From positions 62,001 to 126,000 of the forward strand of contig JAIVFI010000036.1 in the NCBI GenBank assembly GCA_025558095.1: 64,000 nt of DNA. Direction: 5' to 3'. The notes beneath the pieces are model-generated. The model worked only from the letters and a program-made list of their open reading frames with translations, made no database searches and had not been told where the DNA came from. Positions 10,989 to 22,465 of this stretch are shown here, piece after piece. A program made the position numbers and the translations under genes. Numbering within the stretch: position 1 is the stretch's first letter; the number at the start of each line of letters is the position of its first letter. This stretch comes from Hyaloraphidium curvatum SAG 235-1 (lineage: Eukaryota; Fungi; Monoblepharomycota).

Positions 10989-12267
10989 TCACGCTGCCTT
11001 CCCAATGCGAACCTTGTTCAGCAAGTCCGCGAGTTCTTCCTCCGCCGCGTCCGAAGCCGGCTCCGGCCGCACCAGCACCTGGAGCTCGGCCAGCGCGGCC
11101 ATCGCTGACCTCTCACCCGCCGGATCGCCCAGGAGGAGGTTGACGAGCTGCATGGCCTTGGTCGCGGCTTCCATCTCGCGGGTCGTGGACACCCGGCCCA
11201 GTTCGCGCTGGAGCCGGTCGGGATGGAACCGGAGGCGCAGCTTGTCGGCATCCGAAGCATGCAGCTTTCCCACCGCATCCATCATCTGCCTCCAAGAAGG
11301 CGAGGCCGGCAGCGGGGCAGAATCAGGGCGTGCTGCCTTTGCCGTGATCCGAAGGGCAGAGAGAACGTCGAACGTCGACGAGGGGGCTTGGGGCACGGGA
11401 TCCGAGGAACGGTTGCCGCGGCGAGCAACATCGAACAGGGCCTCGAGCTTGCCCATGACGTTGCACTCGATGATGGATTGCACCATGTCGACTGCAAACT
11501 CGTGGATCTCAACCTTCTGGAACCGGGCATCGCCGAGCTGCGACCTCGAGATCCATTCCAAACGCTTGGCGCCTTCCTTTCCGGCGGTCCGAATGTCCAC
11601 GTCGGCGTCGAGCTCATCTGTCAGCTCGTACAGGTGGAGCACGTACTTGGACCTGGCCGACCAATGGACGAGCGGGAAGCCATCGCGGCGCATGGCGGCG
11701 ATCGTGTCACGCCTGAGCGCCCCCACGGTCTCCTTGTCGAGCTTCCCGATCGCCACGTCCTCAGATTTCTGCGCGATTAGGTTCCGCTTCCCTCCGACGA
11801 AGTCGAGCTTGTCCCCGCCGGCACCGTCGTTCACCCGCTCGCGGAACTCGGGCGCCATGAGCAGCTCGACCTCGCCGCCCCGGCGGCGGAAGAGCAGGAC
11901 CCCGGCCGCAGCGAAACCCGCTTCATCCTCCGGCTTCAGCTTGGTGTCGACGTAGCTCGAGAAGGAAACGCCGCCCTTGAGCGCGCGGAACCTGCCGCAG
12001 TCGCGGCGGACCTCCTTTCCGGCGACCGGGTCCTTACCGGTGCACCAAGCACACCCGCTGCAAGCGTTCCTTCCGAATTGTGGTCTGTAGCCGGCACTGG
12101 CACCTCTTGTCAGGACGGGGCGCGGGGGACCCGTAAAGACCTGTGTTGACGACGTTGAGGAGTCACTACACAGCACTGCGCCTAGTCTTCCCTCGCCGGG
12201 GACCACCGTCCCCCTTGCCCCGACGCCGGCGCGTTACACCTCTCCCGCGGAAGCTGCCTCTGTTCAT
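10989..12267 (-). CDS. Nudix-like domain plus J-domain-like (HPD) protein; 5' end uncertain
   Basis: AAGVLLFRR...LDFVGGKRN...A.GKLDKET (degenerate Nudix box); LRLRFHPDRL...ATKAMQLVN; N-terminal CSGCAWC. Confidence 0.5.
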
Positions 12268-12478
12268 CTTGGCGAACGCAGGAACACCGACGGGGTTTGT
12301 GTAATCTGGGGCGCTGAGTTGTACTGAGCGGACAGAATGCGGACAAACACCAAACATGCGCACCTATCTCTTCGTGCCGGGGGTCTCCCGCACCCTATAG
12401 CCCTCTCCGCGTTCCATCCAGCACCGTACAGTGCGTCTGCTCCCGAACGGAGTGACTCAAAAGCTGATGGATGCGTCA

Positions 12479-13195
12479 TCAGTTGATTCCTCTTGCCACT
12501 GGGATCAGTTCATTGTCTTCGCCATCCTCCACGCTCCCGTCTTCTCCACCCTCTCCATCATCCTCGTCGACATCATCCCACTCGTCCTCCGAATCTTCCC
12601 CGTTGCCCTCCTCTTCCAACGCGAGCTGCGCCGCCAGCTGCTCCGGGAGCGAGGTGTCAACATCGGCCCCGGCCGCCTTCAGATGCTTCAAAAGGTCCGT
12701 TGATAGGAAGGATGAAAGCATTTGCCCGCCAAACTTCCACAAGACCACGCAGTTGTTCCTCGACAAGGCGTCGATTGCCTTTTTTTTAAAATGCTGTGGT
12801 CTCAAAGGTACAAAGGTGTCGGCCGACAGCTGCAAAGTCCGCAAGGGCAATCTGTAGATCGGCGACGGACGGTCAGCTCAACGACAAGAGATCACTTCCA
12901 GAGCGTCCACCGTTTCCTTTTCGTGCTGCACGCCAAGGAAGCGCACCATGTGCCGGCACGAGATGGCGCCGTGCGGGAACCACGGCAGCCCGACGGAGAT
13001 ATCGCGGAGGAGCTGACATGCGCTCTCGACGTGCAGACGGGTTCTGAAAGCGGCGCGAGCGCGGGGAACGGCGTCCTCATCGGGCAGAAGCATGTCGGAG
13101 AACGCGGCGGCCAGGATTTTGGCAATGACTTCCGTCGGAAGGGCGAGGAGCGCGAAGAGGTGCTGCAGATGTCCGGAGTCGGACAAGACGGGCAT
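12479..13195 (-). pseudogene. Internally deleted paralog of the 15569-17140 F-box-like gene
   Basis: Both ends are similar in protein (LPTEVI.K.LAAAFSDMLLP; VDTSLPEQLAAQLALEE), but the middle ~0.9 kb is missing and the halves are out of frame. Confidence 0.7.
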
Positions 13196-13697
13196 TTTTT
13201 TGGGCTTCCGAGCAAACGGCGGTCTTTGCTGGCGTGATGGGTGATCCTGGAGGACAGAGAGTTTGCATGGAGGGGCTTTCGCGCGTCGTCGCGTTCTCCG
13301 TCGCTTTCCCGTTGTTCGGGCTCCGCGTCACCTCGCTTCATCCACCTAATCTTAGGCGCTTTATTCGTCTTGCAAAGAAGGAGATTCTGTTGCAAAACAA
13401 CATCCCTTGGCCAACATCCCCATTTCCTCATCGCCATCGTTGTACAGACCAAAGGCAGATTTATTCCCCAGCAATTGTCATTGTGGATCAGTCTATGGAC
13501 GATTCATCCACTGCCTCCGAGTTTCCGTCTTCTCCGGCCTCCGGCGTCTACTTCTCCGTGGACAGGAAGGCGAGAGCAATGGGCAGCAGAACTTCCACGA
13601 GACCACGCTTGAGTGAGGAGAGAGGAGATAGGCCCAGCATATAGGCGGCGCCAAGCTTAGCCACCGGGTGGGCACCGAAACCGCAAACCACCCAACG

Positions 13698-15489
13698 ATG
13701 CCCGACGGCGATGCCTCTGCGCCCAGCGGCGGCGACGTGCCCTACGTCCAGCCGACGACCTTCCCGCCTCTTCTCGAGGTGCACGGCGGGCGTCACGGCA
13801 ACATCTACCAATGTGCGGCCTCCCGTGTCTCCCGCCGCGCCGCGAGTGCCAATCCGACCCCGCAGGGCTCGCCGACCGCGCGGATTACAATTCTAGTCAC
13901 GGGGCTAATGGACTTTGGAGGGTGCACGACGGATTGTATGATTTGAACGAGTTTGTCGACAAGCACCCAGGTGGGAAGGAATGGTTGGAGCTCACGAGGG
14001 GGCACGACATTACCGAGGTGGGGGGGCCGCAGCCGGCAACGAGGGGGTGCCGAAAGGGCGCATCGGCTATCCTGTTGGCTCGGGCGGAGGTCTGACCAGC
14101 ATTCTGCCAGCTCTTCGAGTCGCACCACCCCGACATCGAGCCCGTGCGCAAGATACTGGAGAAGTACCGCCGCGGGACCGCAACCTGGCCGCGCGAGTCG
14201 CCTCTGACCTTCAAGGTGATTACCTTATCCTCCCCTCGACTCGAAGCCGGCTAACGGTCTGAACAGCCTGACGGCTTCTACTCCGTCCTCCGCGAGCGTG
14301 TCGTCAAGACCATCAAGGAAAAGGGCACCGCTCCCAAGCTCTGGAGCAAGCTCTTTGTCGACGCCCTAGTCATCTCCTACCTCGCCTGCGTTATCCGCTC
14401 CGCCCGCCGCGGCTCTCCCGCCTTCGCCGCCCTCGCGGGGCTGCTGGGGGGATTCATCGGCTTCGCGGGACACAACTACCTCCATCAAAAGAACAATTTC
14501 AGGATGTGGTACGAGGAGCTGACGGGGGGCAGCCATGAGACGTGGCGGATCCACCATGCCATCGCGCACCATCCCTATCCCAATTGCTCGCTCGATGTCG
14601 AGTACACCATGTTCGAGCCCGAGCTCTTGTTCTTCCCGACCCTCGCGCGGCGGAGCCCGGACACGCCGGTGCTCAACTTCCTGCGCGTGCAGAAGTTCTA
14701 TCTGGGCCTTGGGGCCAAGAGTGCCGTTCTGACGCTCCTGGGAATGCTGATGGGGAAGGTGAAGCCGAGGAGTTGGCAGAGCTTGTTGACGTACGCGACA
14801 TGGGCGGCGATGATCGCCATCAGAATGAGGTCGCCGGGAGCGAATGGGTGGAAGGGGGCGCTGCAGGCTACGTGCGTGTCGTGATGCTGGTTGATCTCCG
14901 CGCGCTGATCGTCTTCCTGGCTTGAATCCAGCGGACTCTACTTGCTCATGAGGACCGTCGCGAGCTACTACGGCATCTCCATGGGTCTCTATGCCGGTCA
15001 GTCTGCTCTCTACCCCAGCGGAACCCCAGACCTCCAGCTCACTTGTTTGCCCCACCCCCAGGCCATCACTCGGACTTCATCTACCGGCAAGACGACGCGT
15101 ACGCCCCGCCCCTTGACTTTGGCCTGTACCAGCTCGAAGCGACGGCCGACCGCGTGGAGGTCTACTCCTCCACCTCGGTCCTCTCCCTCCCCGGCGTCCT
15201 CGTCACCCTGGGCGACCACACGATGCACCACCTCTTCCCGACCATCGACCACGCGTACCACCGCTTCCTGTACGCCGACCTCGCGCGGACGTGCAAGGAG
15301 TTTGGGGTCAGGTTCGAGTTCACGACCCTGTGGGACATGATCAAGGGGTTCTACACGTCGCAGTCGAGGACGGAGCTGAATTCCGAGCCGAGGCGGGTGG
15401 GGAGGAGGGGGGAGGGGAAGGCGTACAAGGGGTGGGTGGACCCGAAGATGGGCGGGGTGGAGGGGTGGGCCGACGGCTTGCCTGAGTGA
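13698..15489 (+). CDS. Cytochrome b5-fused fatty-acid-desaturase-like protein; multi-exon
   Basis: [21 protein letters not shown] (b5); His boxes [21 protein letters not shown]. Confidence 0.85.
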
Positions 15490-15568
15490 GAGGGCCTGGC
15501 TCTGGGTATCGCTTATCTTTGGATCACATAGAACGGAACTCGGATTCGTGCGGCAAACATCTTCGAGC

Positions 15569-17140
15569 TCAGTTCACGGTCGCATCCTCCACGCTCCCGT
15601 CTTCGTCAGCTTCATTCTCGTCGACGTCCTCCCACTCGTCCTCCGAGTCGACTGCGCTAACCCCCTCTTCCAACGCCAGCTGCGCCGCAAGCTGCTCCGG
15701 CAAGGAGGTATCGACATTGGCCCCATCTCTCCTCAGCTGCTCCAAGAATTCGGCAGCCAGGAAGGATGACATCCTGTTGCTGCCGAGCTTCCAGACGACG
15801 GCGCAATCACCCCTCGACACGACCGCGATCGCCCTTTCGAACCGCTCGTAGAGAACCAGGTTCGCCGGATCGACGCCGCGCCCAGCGTTTAGCAGCTCCA
15901 CCGTGGGCGTGCACGCGATCGACAGGGTCTCGAGGCCGCCACGCACGAGCGCTTCCAGCTCCCGGTCACCGTGCACGAGCAGCCCGGCCTCGAGGACGTT
16001 GGTGAAGCCGTTGCTCATCAGGTGGCGGAGCTTGGGGCAATGCGCGCGTAGCTGACCGAAGCGCGGCAGGCCGGGCCCGTGCACGGTGAGGATGTCGAGC
16101 GAGGGGAACAGCGGGCCGTGCGTGGGATCGACGAGGTCGAACGAGGAAGGCGAGGCGAAGGCGACGCCGCCGTGCTGGTCGGGGCAGAAACACGGGGGGT
16201 AGCGCAGGCCGATCTTGCGGATCTCGGGGAACGGGGCGATGGGCTTCCGGGGAGCTGTGACGCGGATGTTGTCGGTCTCGAGATTCCAGAGGTGCCGGCC
16301 GACGGCTGCGAGGTCCGCGAACGGGATCTGGTGAGGCCGACAGTTAGGTGAGCTGCCACACTGGAGCCGTGTCGACCATACCGTGGCCTTGTTCGTGCAC
16401 GGCGCCATGATGTGGTTGATCTTGAGCTCGCGGAGCGCCTCGCTTCCCCTGAGCCCGCCCAGCGCAGCGCCGATCGCCTGCTCTACAAAGCGCCCGTCGT
16501 CCCCGGATCCGTTCCCTCCGATCGCCAGCTTGAAGGAAACCATGTCCTTGGCGCAGGCCGCGACGACGTCCGCGAGCTGCTGGTGCGACATCTCTTCGTT
16601 GCGCCTTTCGAAGTCCAGGTAGACGTACTCGACCGACCAGCCCCTGATGAGCGGCTCGTACAGGGCTTCCTCGCAGCTTGTGATGGTCAGCGACCGGATG
16701 ATCGGCAGCGTGGCTCCTGCGGGCGTCTTGATATCCCTCGCCGCCTCAATCAGCCTCGCGGCAACGTCCTTCCGGCAGCGTATCCCGAAGTCGAAGCCTT
16801 GCACACCGCGGAACCTGCGCGGCTCGCCAATGAAAAGCACTTCCATGGCCTGTGTGGTCCTCTTCTGACGGCGCTGGTGCAGAAGGCGGAGCATCTGGGG
16901 GAACGAGATGTCCCCGTCGGGGAACCACGGCAGCCCGACGGAAATCTCTCGAAGGAGCCGACACGTGCCCTCGACGCGCAGGCGAGTCCTGAAGGCGACG
17001 CGGGATCGCGGGATGGCGTCGTCGGTGGGCAGGAGCATGTCGGAGAACGCGGCGGCGAGGACCTTGGAAATGACCTCGGTCGGCAGCAAGAGGAGCGGGA
17101 AGCCGCAGCAGAGACCACAGGAATCGGTCGAGTTGGACAT
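15569..17140 (-). CDS. F-box-like / LRR-like protein with acidic tail
   Basis: LLLLPTEVISKVL N-terminal motif; LRELKI, LDILTV, CPKLRHL repeats. Confidence 0.6.
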   Translation of the reverse strand: MSNSTDSCGLCCGFPLLLLPTEVISKVLAAAFSDMLLPTDDAIPRSRVAFRTRLRVEGTCRLLREISVGLPWFPDGDISFPQMLRLLHQRRQKRTTQAMEVLFIGEPRRFRGVQGFDFGIRCRKDVAARLIEAARDIKTPAGATLPIIRSLTITSCEEALYEPLIRGWSVEYVYLDFERRNEEMSHQQLADVVAACAKDMVSFKLAIGGNGSGDDGRFVEQAIGAALGGLRGSEALRELKINHIMAPCTNKATVWSTRLQCGSSPNCRPHQIPFADLAAVGRHLWNLETDNIRVTAPRKPIAPFPEIRKIGLRYPPCFCPDQHGGVAFASPSSFDLVDPTHGPLFPSLDILTVHGPGLPRFGQLRAHCPKLRHLMSNGFTNVLEAGLLVHGDRELEALVRGGLETLSIACTPTVELLNAGRGVDPANLVLYERFERAIAVVSRGDCAVVWKLGSNRMSSFLAAEFLEQLRRDGANVDTSLPEQLAAQLALEEGVSAVDSEDEWEDVDENEADEDGSVEDATVN

Positions 17141-17453
17141 TGTTTTCGGTTTTCGAACGAGCGGTGGCCCTTTCTGGCGTGATGGGCGGTTCTGGAGGTC
17201 CGAGAGTTTGGAGGCGCTTTTCTCTTGTCCGCGGAGGTATAGTCGGAGGGCGCAGGCTGAACAGCGACACCCATCAAGGCGCTCTATGGCGCGCGACAGA
17301 AAGAAACATGCAGCAGTGTCATTTGCAGAACGGCGCTGACTCTCTTCGTATCGCGTATCACAAGCAATTTTCCTTACATCGCGCCACGTCCGCAGCTCCT
17401 CCATCGCGACACGAGACAATCCGTAACTCCGTCACTACGCTGCCAATTCCCAG

Positions 17454-18224
17454 CTACTGCGGTGTCTTGCTTTCGCCAGGGCCGGCACCTCCTCCCTCCG
17501 AACCATCGCTGCCTCCCTCATCGTTGTCCGATCCTTCCGAACCATCTTTGATGCTCTCGGCGTCGGAGACGTCCGATCCTTCGCCGCACGCCTCTCCGAA
17601 AGTGAAACCAGCAACGTCCTTGCCTTCCAGCCACTCCTCGGAAAGATCGAGCCTTTTGAAGTCCTCGTATGAGTCCGCCATCCACTGTTTCGTCTTCATC
17701 AAGAGCCTCATGGCGTGGGGCTTCGTGCGGGCGCGGATACAAGGGCGCTCGCCGCAAGCAGGGCAGATGTTTGCGATCCGCCAGAGAGCTTCCTGGGGAT
17801 CGAAACCGGCCTCCACGAACGCTGCCGTGGCTTCCGCGCAGAGTGCGCCAGCCGCCTCCAGGCTCTCGGCAAGTCGCTTGACGCTGTGCCTGAGCATCGA
17901 GAACCCGATCTCCACCCAGTCCCTGCGCGCTCCCCGAACAAAGGCCGCGTCGTATGCTTCGCGAAGGAACGTCTCCGACTTGAGCTCGAAGCGCAGCTCT
18001 ACCTCCCTCTTCGCCAGGCCCGCGAGCGTTTCGGCCATCCTGCGGCGCGACGGTTCTCCCACAGAAGTGCGGATTGCTTTGCAGGTCCACAGGAAGGGGG
18101 CGAGGTCCTTCAATGGCAGCCTGTCCGCGATTTCGCAAAGCAGCTCTGGGGCGAGCCCGTCGAGGCGCAAAACGTCGTCGGCCGGCGCGGGCGCGAGCGG
18201 CGCGGCGGTTGTCGTGGTCTCCAT
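17454..18224 (-). CDS. F-box protein with CxxC motif and acidic tail
   Basis: LDGLAPELLCEIADRLPLKDLAPFLWTCKAI; CPAC. Confidence 0.65.
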   Translation of the reverse strand: METTTTAAPLAPAPADDVLRLDGLAPELLCEIADRLPLKDLAPFLWTCKAIRTSVGEPSRRRMAETLAGLAKREVELRFELKSETFLREAYDAAFVRGARRDWVEIGFSMLRHSVKRLAESLEAAGALCAEATAAFVEAGFDPQEALWRIANICPACGERPCIRARTKPHAMRLLMKTKQWMADSYEDFKRLDLSEEWLEGKDVAGFTFGEACGEGSDVSDAESIKDGSEGSDNDEGGSDGSEGGGAGPGESKTPQ

Positions 18225-18567
18225 TGCCGATTCGCGAGGTGCCCGAGCGGAGGCCTCTTTAGAGTGATGGGCCGTCCTGGATGTCCGAGAAATGGAGGCG
18301 CTTTTGTTTTCCCCGAAGTCCGCTCATCCATTGTTGCTGTTTCGGCCACGATCTCTGACACGGATCATTGGAAAGAGCCCACTGACCGGGATGCCATTGG
18401 TACGCCAGCTTGGGACAGCCCTGCTGCGGGCAGCGGCGACTACGAACGGCGATCTATCTTTGCACCCATCAGCGCTCTATTTTCCATGCGAAAGAATGCA
18501 ACAGTGCAGCCGTGTACCCATACAACAACGCGCTGCTTTCCTCCCTTGTCGCCGAACTACCACTCGA

Positions 18568-20067
18568 TCACTTGCGCCCGCACGTGGCCCTACCCGCCCC
18601 GCACCTCCTCCTCAGCTTGGGCTGCTCCACCGGGATGCTCCCCTGCCCCGTCGCGTCGCCCTCGCGCACGTGCGTGCGCAGCAGCACGTACTCGTCCGCG
18701 AACGCCTTGGGCACGCCCGGAACGCCGTCGGCCTCGTTGGACGACACGGAGCGGGCGGATTCGTGGATCGGGGGGGCACCGTCGCTGAGCGGGGGGCCGC
18801 CGATGGCGGGGCGTTCGAGCTTGCCGGTGGAGACGTGCTGCGATCGGATGTCAAGCAGATGGAGGAGGCGGGCGGTCCGAAAGACGAACCTGGAGGTTCT
18901 GCAGCTGGAAGGGCACCTTGGCGCCGTTGTTGTCGTAGTTGGTCTCGGGGAAGGTGCGGTCCGGGTTGACGGTCACAGAGAGGATGTACGTCTTGCGGGC
19001 GTCAAGATTGGCGTCCGTAATGTCGATCCACTGTGTGCCAGGCGATGGGTGTTTAACTTCCATCCGCACGACCTCGACGGCCTCAAGACCCACCTGGCAA
19101 GCCAATCCGTCGTCGTAGTAGTCCGAGCAGCCAGTCGTAATGCCCTGCACCACGCAGTCGTGGGTGCCGTTGGTCCCGGCGGGGCAGATCGAATCCATGA
19201 GGCAGAAGCCGTTCTTGTGGCCGGTGACGACGGTCGCGTTGGTGTCGGGGTTCGTGATACTGTAGTCCGCGTAACCTGTACGGGAGCGTGAGCTCTCAAG
19301 ACGACACGACCCGAATGTCCGCCCTCACCGACGCTGCACCCCGGCGGGAACGGGCAACGAGCGGAGCGAGGAAGGGAAGGGAGCGGCGGATTAGTGATCA
19401 TGTCGTGAAACGCCGAATCCGCTTGGACAATCACTAATGGAAATGTTGATGGCAGGTGCTGTAGACGAACCACGGCGGCGCCGGGGAGGTCGGCGTGGCC
19501 GGAGTCTCGCCTACGACCGCGTTGCCGGGTCCGAGATTGTGAATGAGCGTGCCGAAGCGGAGGACGGTGCGCATTCCGGTTCCCGAGAGGCATTTCTGGA
19601 TGAGAGAGATAGAGAGATGGACGAGAGAGTGTGTGAGGGGTGGAGAGGGAGAGAGAGAGAGAGAGTGAGGCGCCCCGGACCGGTGTGAGTCAGCGAACGA
19701 AGACAGCCCGACGTCCCTCGCAAACGCCCACCTCCTCAACCAAGCACGGGTCGGCAGATCCGTTGACGATGTCGACGTACATGGTGTAGTTCAGCCACGG
19801 GCCAGAGACGGAAAAGTCGGGTTTCTCGGCGCCGTCGGCGATGGGGATGACGAAGGGCGTCGAAGCAGCCGCCGCCTGAGTCGACGTAGCCTGAGCTCCC
19901 TGTCTCGGGGCGGGCGGACACGTGGCTCCCGCGTGCGGCACGCACGACGGCGACCAGCCGCCCAGGAAGCTGTCTCCGGCGACCTCCTGCGCGACCGCCG
20001 GCCCGGCGAGGAGCGCCGCCGCGACAGCGAGCGCCGCGGCGGCGCCGAGGAGGGAAAAGCGCACCAT
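18568..20067 (-). CDS. Secreted lysyl oxidase-like protein; multi-exon
   Basis: Signal peptide; LRFGTLIHNLG; CHQHFH Cu site; GHKNGFCLMD; QGITTGCSDYY...CQ|WIDIT; VNPDRTFPETNYDNN. Confidence 0.85.
19601..19668. repeat. (GA)n-rich microsatellite inside a lysyl oxidase intron
   Basis: gagagagatagagag...gagagagagagagag. Confidence 0.8.
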
Positions 20068-20119
20068 AGTGGGAGCAGAGGGCGGCCGATGCGAAGTGCG
20101 AGGTGCCTGAGGAGGTGAG

Positions 20120-22137
20120 TCAATGAGCAGTCCGCCGTCGAGGGCGCCGGCAGCGGGCCGCCAGCTCGAGAGCCGCGGTCGAGCCAAGCTCACCGGTGAG
20201 CTCTCGAGGTCTTGCCGGTATCCGTGGGGCAGGAGCAGGCGCGAATGTGTTTTCTGCGTCGAATGGGCTGGGGTTCGGCAGAACTTCTGGGCTTTCGTGC
20301 GGTGACTGTTCCGGTGGCAAGTGCACCTCACGCGGGAATCGCTGGCGAAACAGCACGGTGCCACCACTCGCATAAAAGTAAAAGAATGGTTTGTCGTGTC
20401 CTTCGCTGCACGATGGAACCGAGTGGAAATGATTGTGTATTTGCCTTTCCGGGGTATCGCTAGTCGGCTCCCACTTCCGACGGGCTCGTGAAGGAGAGAA
20501 AAAGAGCAACGGCAAAGACATCCACCGCCGAGAAATCAGTCCAGAACATTCTACGTAGCACTGCACGAGCGCCTCCTCGTAAGCCTCGTCAAAGTCGATC
20601 ACCTCGACCTTGGACGGTAACGCCATGATCTGCAGGGTCATGCGCGACAAAAAGTCCGCGGAATCGTCCCGGCAGGTGTCGTCCGACCGCAAGCTCGAGC
20701 CTGCGCCGGCCGGTTTGCCCCCGGCTCCGTGAACGACAGCGCTACGCGGCGGCTGCGCCGGCGGGGACGGCGTAGGGTGTCCATCCGACTCGAGATCCAT
20801 CGACTGGGCTTCCGAGCTCGGCGGAGACCCCGTCGGGATATGGATGGGTAAGGGAGCGACCGTCCGCTGGGCCAGCCAGGGAGCCGCGGGCGTCCGAACC
20901 GGCAAGGGCACGTCCGCGGCCCCGGGCGCCGTAGGCACGGGCGACCGATCGAGCAGCCTCCATTTCGAGTCCGCCCCGAGCGAGCAGCAATCCCCGTGCT
21001 GGTGCACCATCTCCCACGCCATGTCGAACATGTGCCCGTCCGGCCAGACGTCGAAGTACAGCTCGCCCAGCGTTGCCGTCGAAACAGGGTACTTGGGGGG
21101 CAGCAGTAGGTGGATGCGGTCCTGGAAGCCGGGAGTGTCGAGCTCCCCGAGGGTCGCGTGGCGCGTCAGGAACAGGGGTCCGTCCGGGTTCCTCACGACG
21201 CGCGGGCGGTCGCGCTCCTCGGTGATCTTCTCCAGGTAGCGGGAAAGCGTCTCCAAGAACGCGACAAAGTCACTGCTCGGCTCACGGGAACGACGAAGAC
21301 GGAACTGCTGTTTGCAGAGCAGAGTTCGAAAAGATAGTCCAACGGGACGAAGATCGAACGCGACCTCAACGAAACAACGACGGCCTCCACCAATTCGTCT
21401 GGCAGAGGATCCGGGGCAATCCCGCCATTGATCACCGGGTTTGGCTCTGGCACAGCTCGCCGATCAGGTGACGGTGAGCGAACCCTCTTGGTTCCTCGGG
21501 GGGATGCCGCTGGGGGATCCGCACTATCCGCTGCCGGCTTAGGAGGAAGAGGCGGGGCCGGCTTCTCCTTCCGCAACTGGGCAGCGTCTGGAAATCTGCC
21601 AAGCACAGTCCATCTTCCGTCGGGGTTCACGCGGCAGCACCCTCAGTGTATCTTCGACATGCCCTCCTTGAAGAAAGGCAGCCCTTTGCGCTCGCTGGGC
21701 CACATCATCCTGAACATCTCGTAGAGAACTTCCACCGGCAATGTAGACCCCGGCACTATCGTATGTATCCTTTGCCGGAAGCTCGTGTTCCGCAATTCCG
21801 CTTTCGTAAAGTCTCGCGTCAAGTACGACCAACTGTGGGAGAAGACAACGACATTCAAATGCTTGGGATGTCGCATCCCGTATTTGTCCACGAACGTCCG
21901 GAAGGTTGACCCTGTTGCTTCCATGAGACTTCGAAGGTCTTTGTCGCTTCCATATCTCTTCTTGTAGCGGACCAAGGCTTCGCCTCCGAGCGTGAAGGGC
22001 AGCTTCGCAACCTTCGCCAGCTTTCCTAACACGTGGTCAAGCTCCTTTTCGTCTGGTATTCCCGGTCCGGAGTCCTCGCTCTCGCTATGTTCGCTCTCAT
22101 CGATCTGGTTCGGCGAGGCCGGTGGAGACCCGGCCAT
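20120..22137 (-). CDS. Hypothetical multi-exon protein with an in-frame TGA at 21643-21645 (possible pseudogene); 3' end uncertain
   Basis: ORFs 21643-22158 and 21193-21630 are in the same frame, separated by one TGA; a third ORF, 20120-21256, follows. Confidence 0.4.
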
Positions 22138-22465
22138 CGATGGAGAGCAGGATCCCAAAAGAGCGACGGCACGCGCTCCGGTAGTTCACGATAAGATTGC
22201 TCAGTCTAAAGCCGTCGCGTTCATGGAGGTGGCCACTGCATATCGGGTCTCCACATCGGCGTCAAGGGGTTGCGCGCGCGAGAACCGGCTTCGGCACGAC
22301 GAGCTTCCCGGGACGTTCGCCATCCCCGACGTCCGAGACTTCTTGACCACCGCAACCTGCAGTAGTGAAACCGGAGAGCAAAGGTGGACGGGACCGAGCT
22401 CGCGGTCGCACGTCAGGTTGCTCAAGCACGCCTGTCTCCACCTCGTGTCGACCACGCGGAAACAG

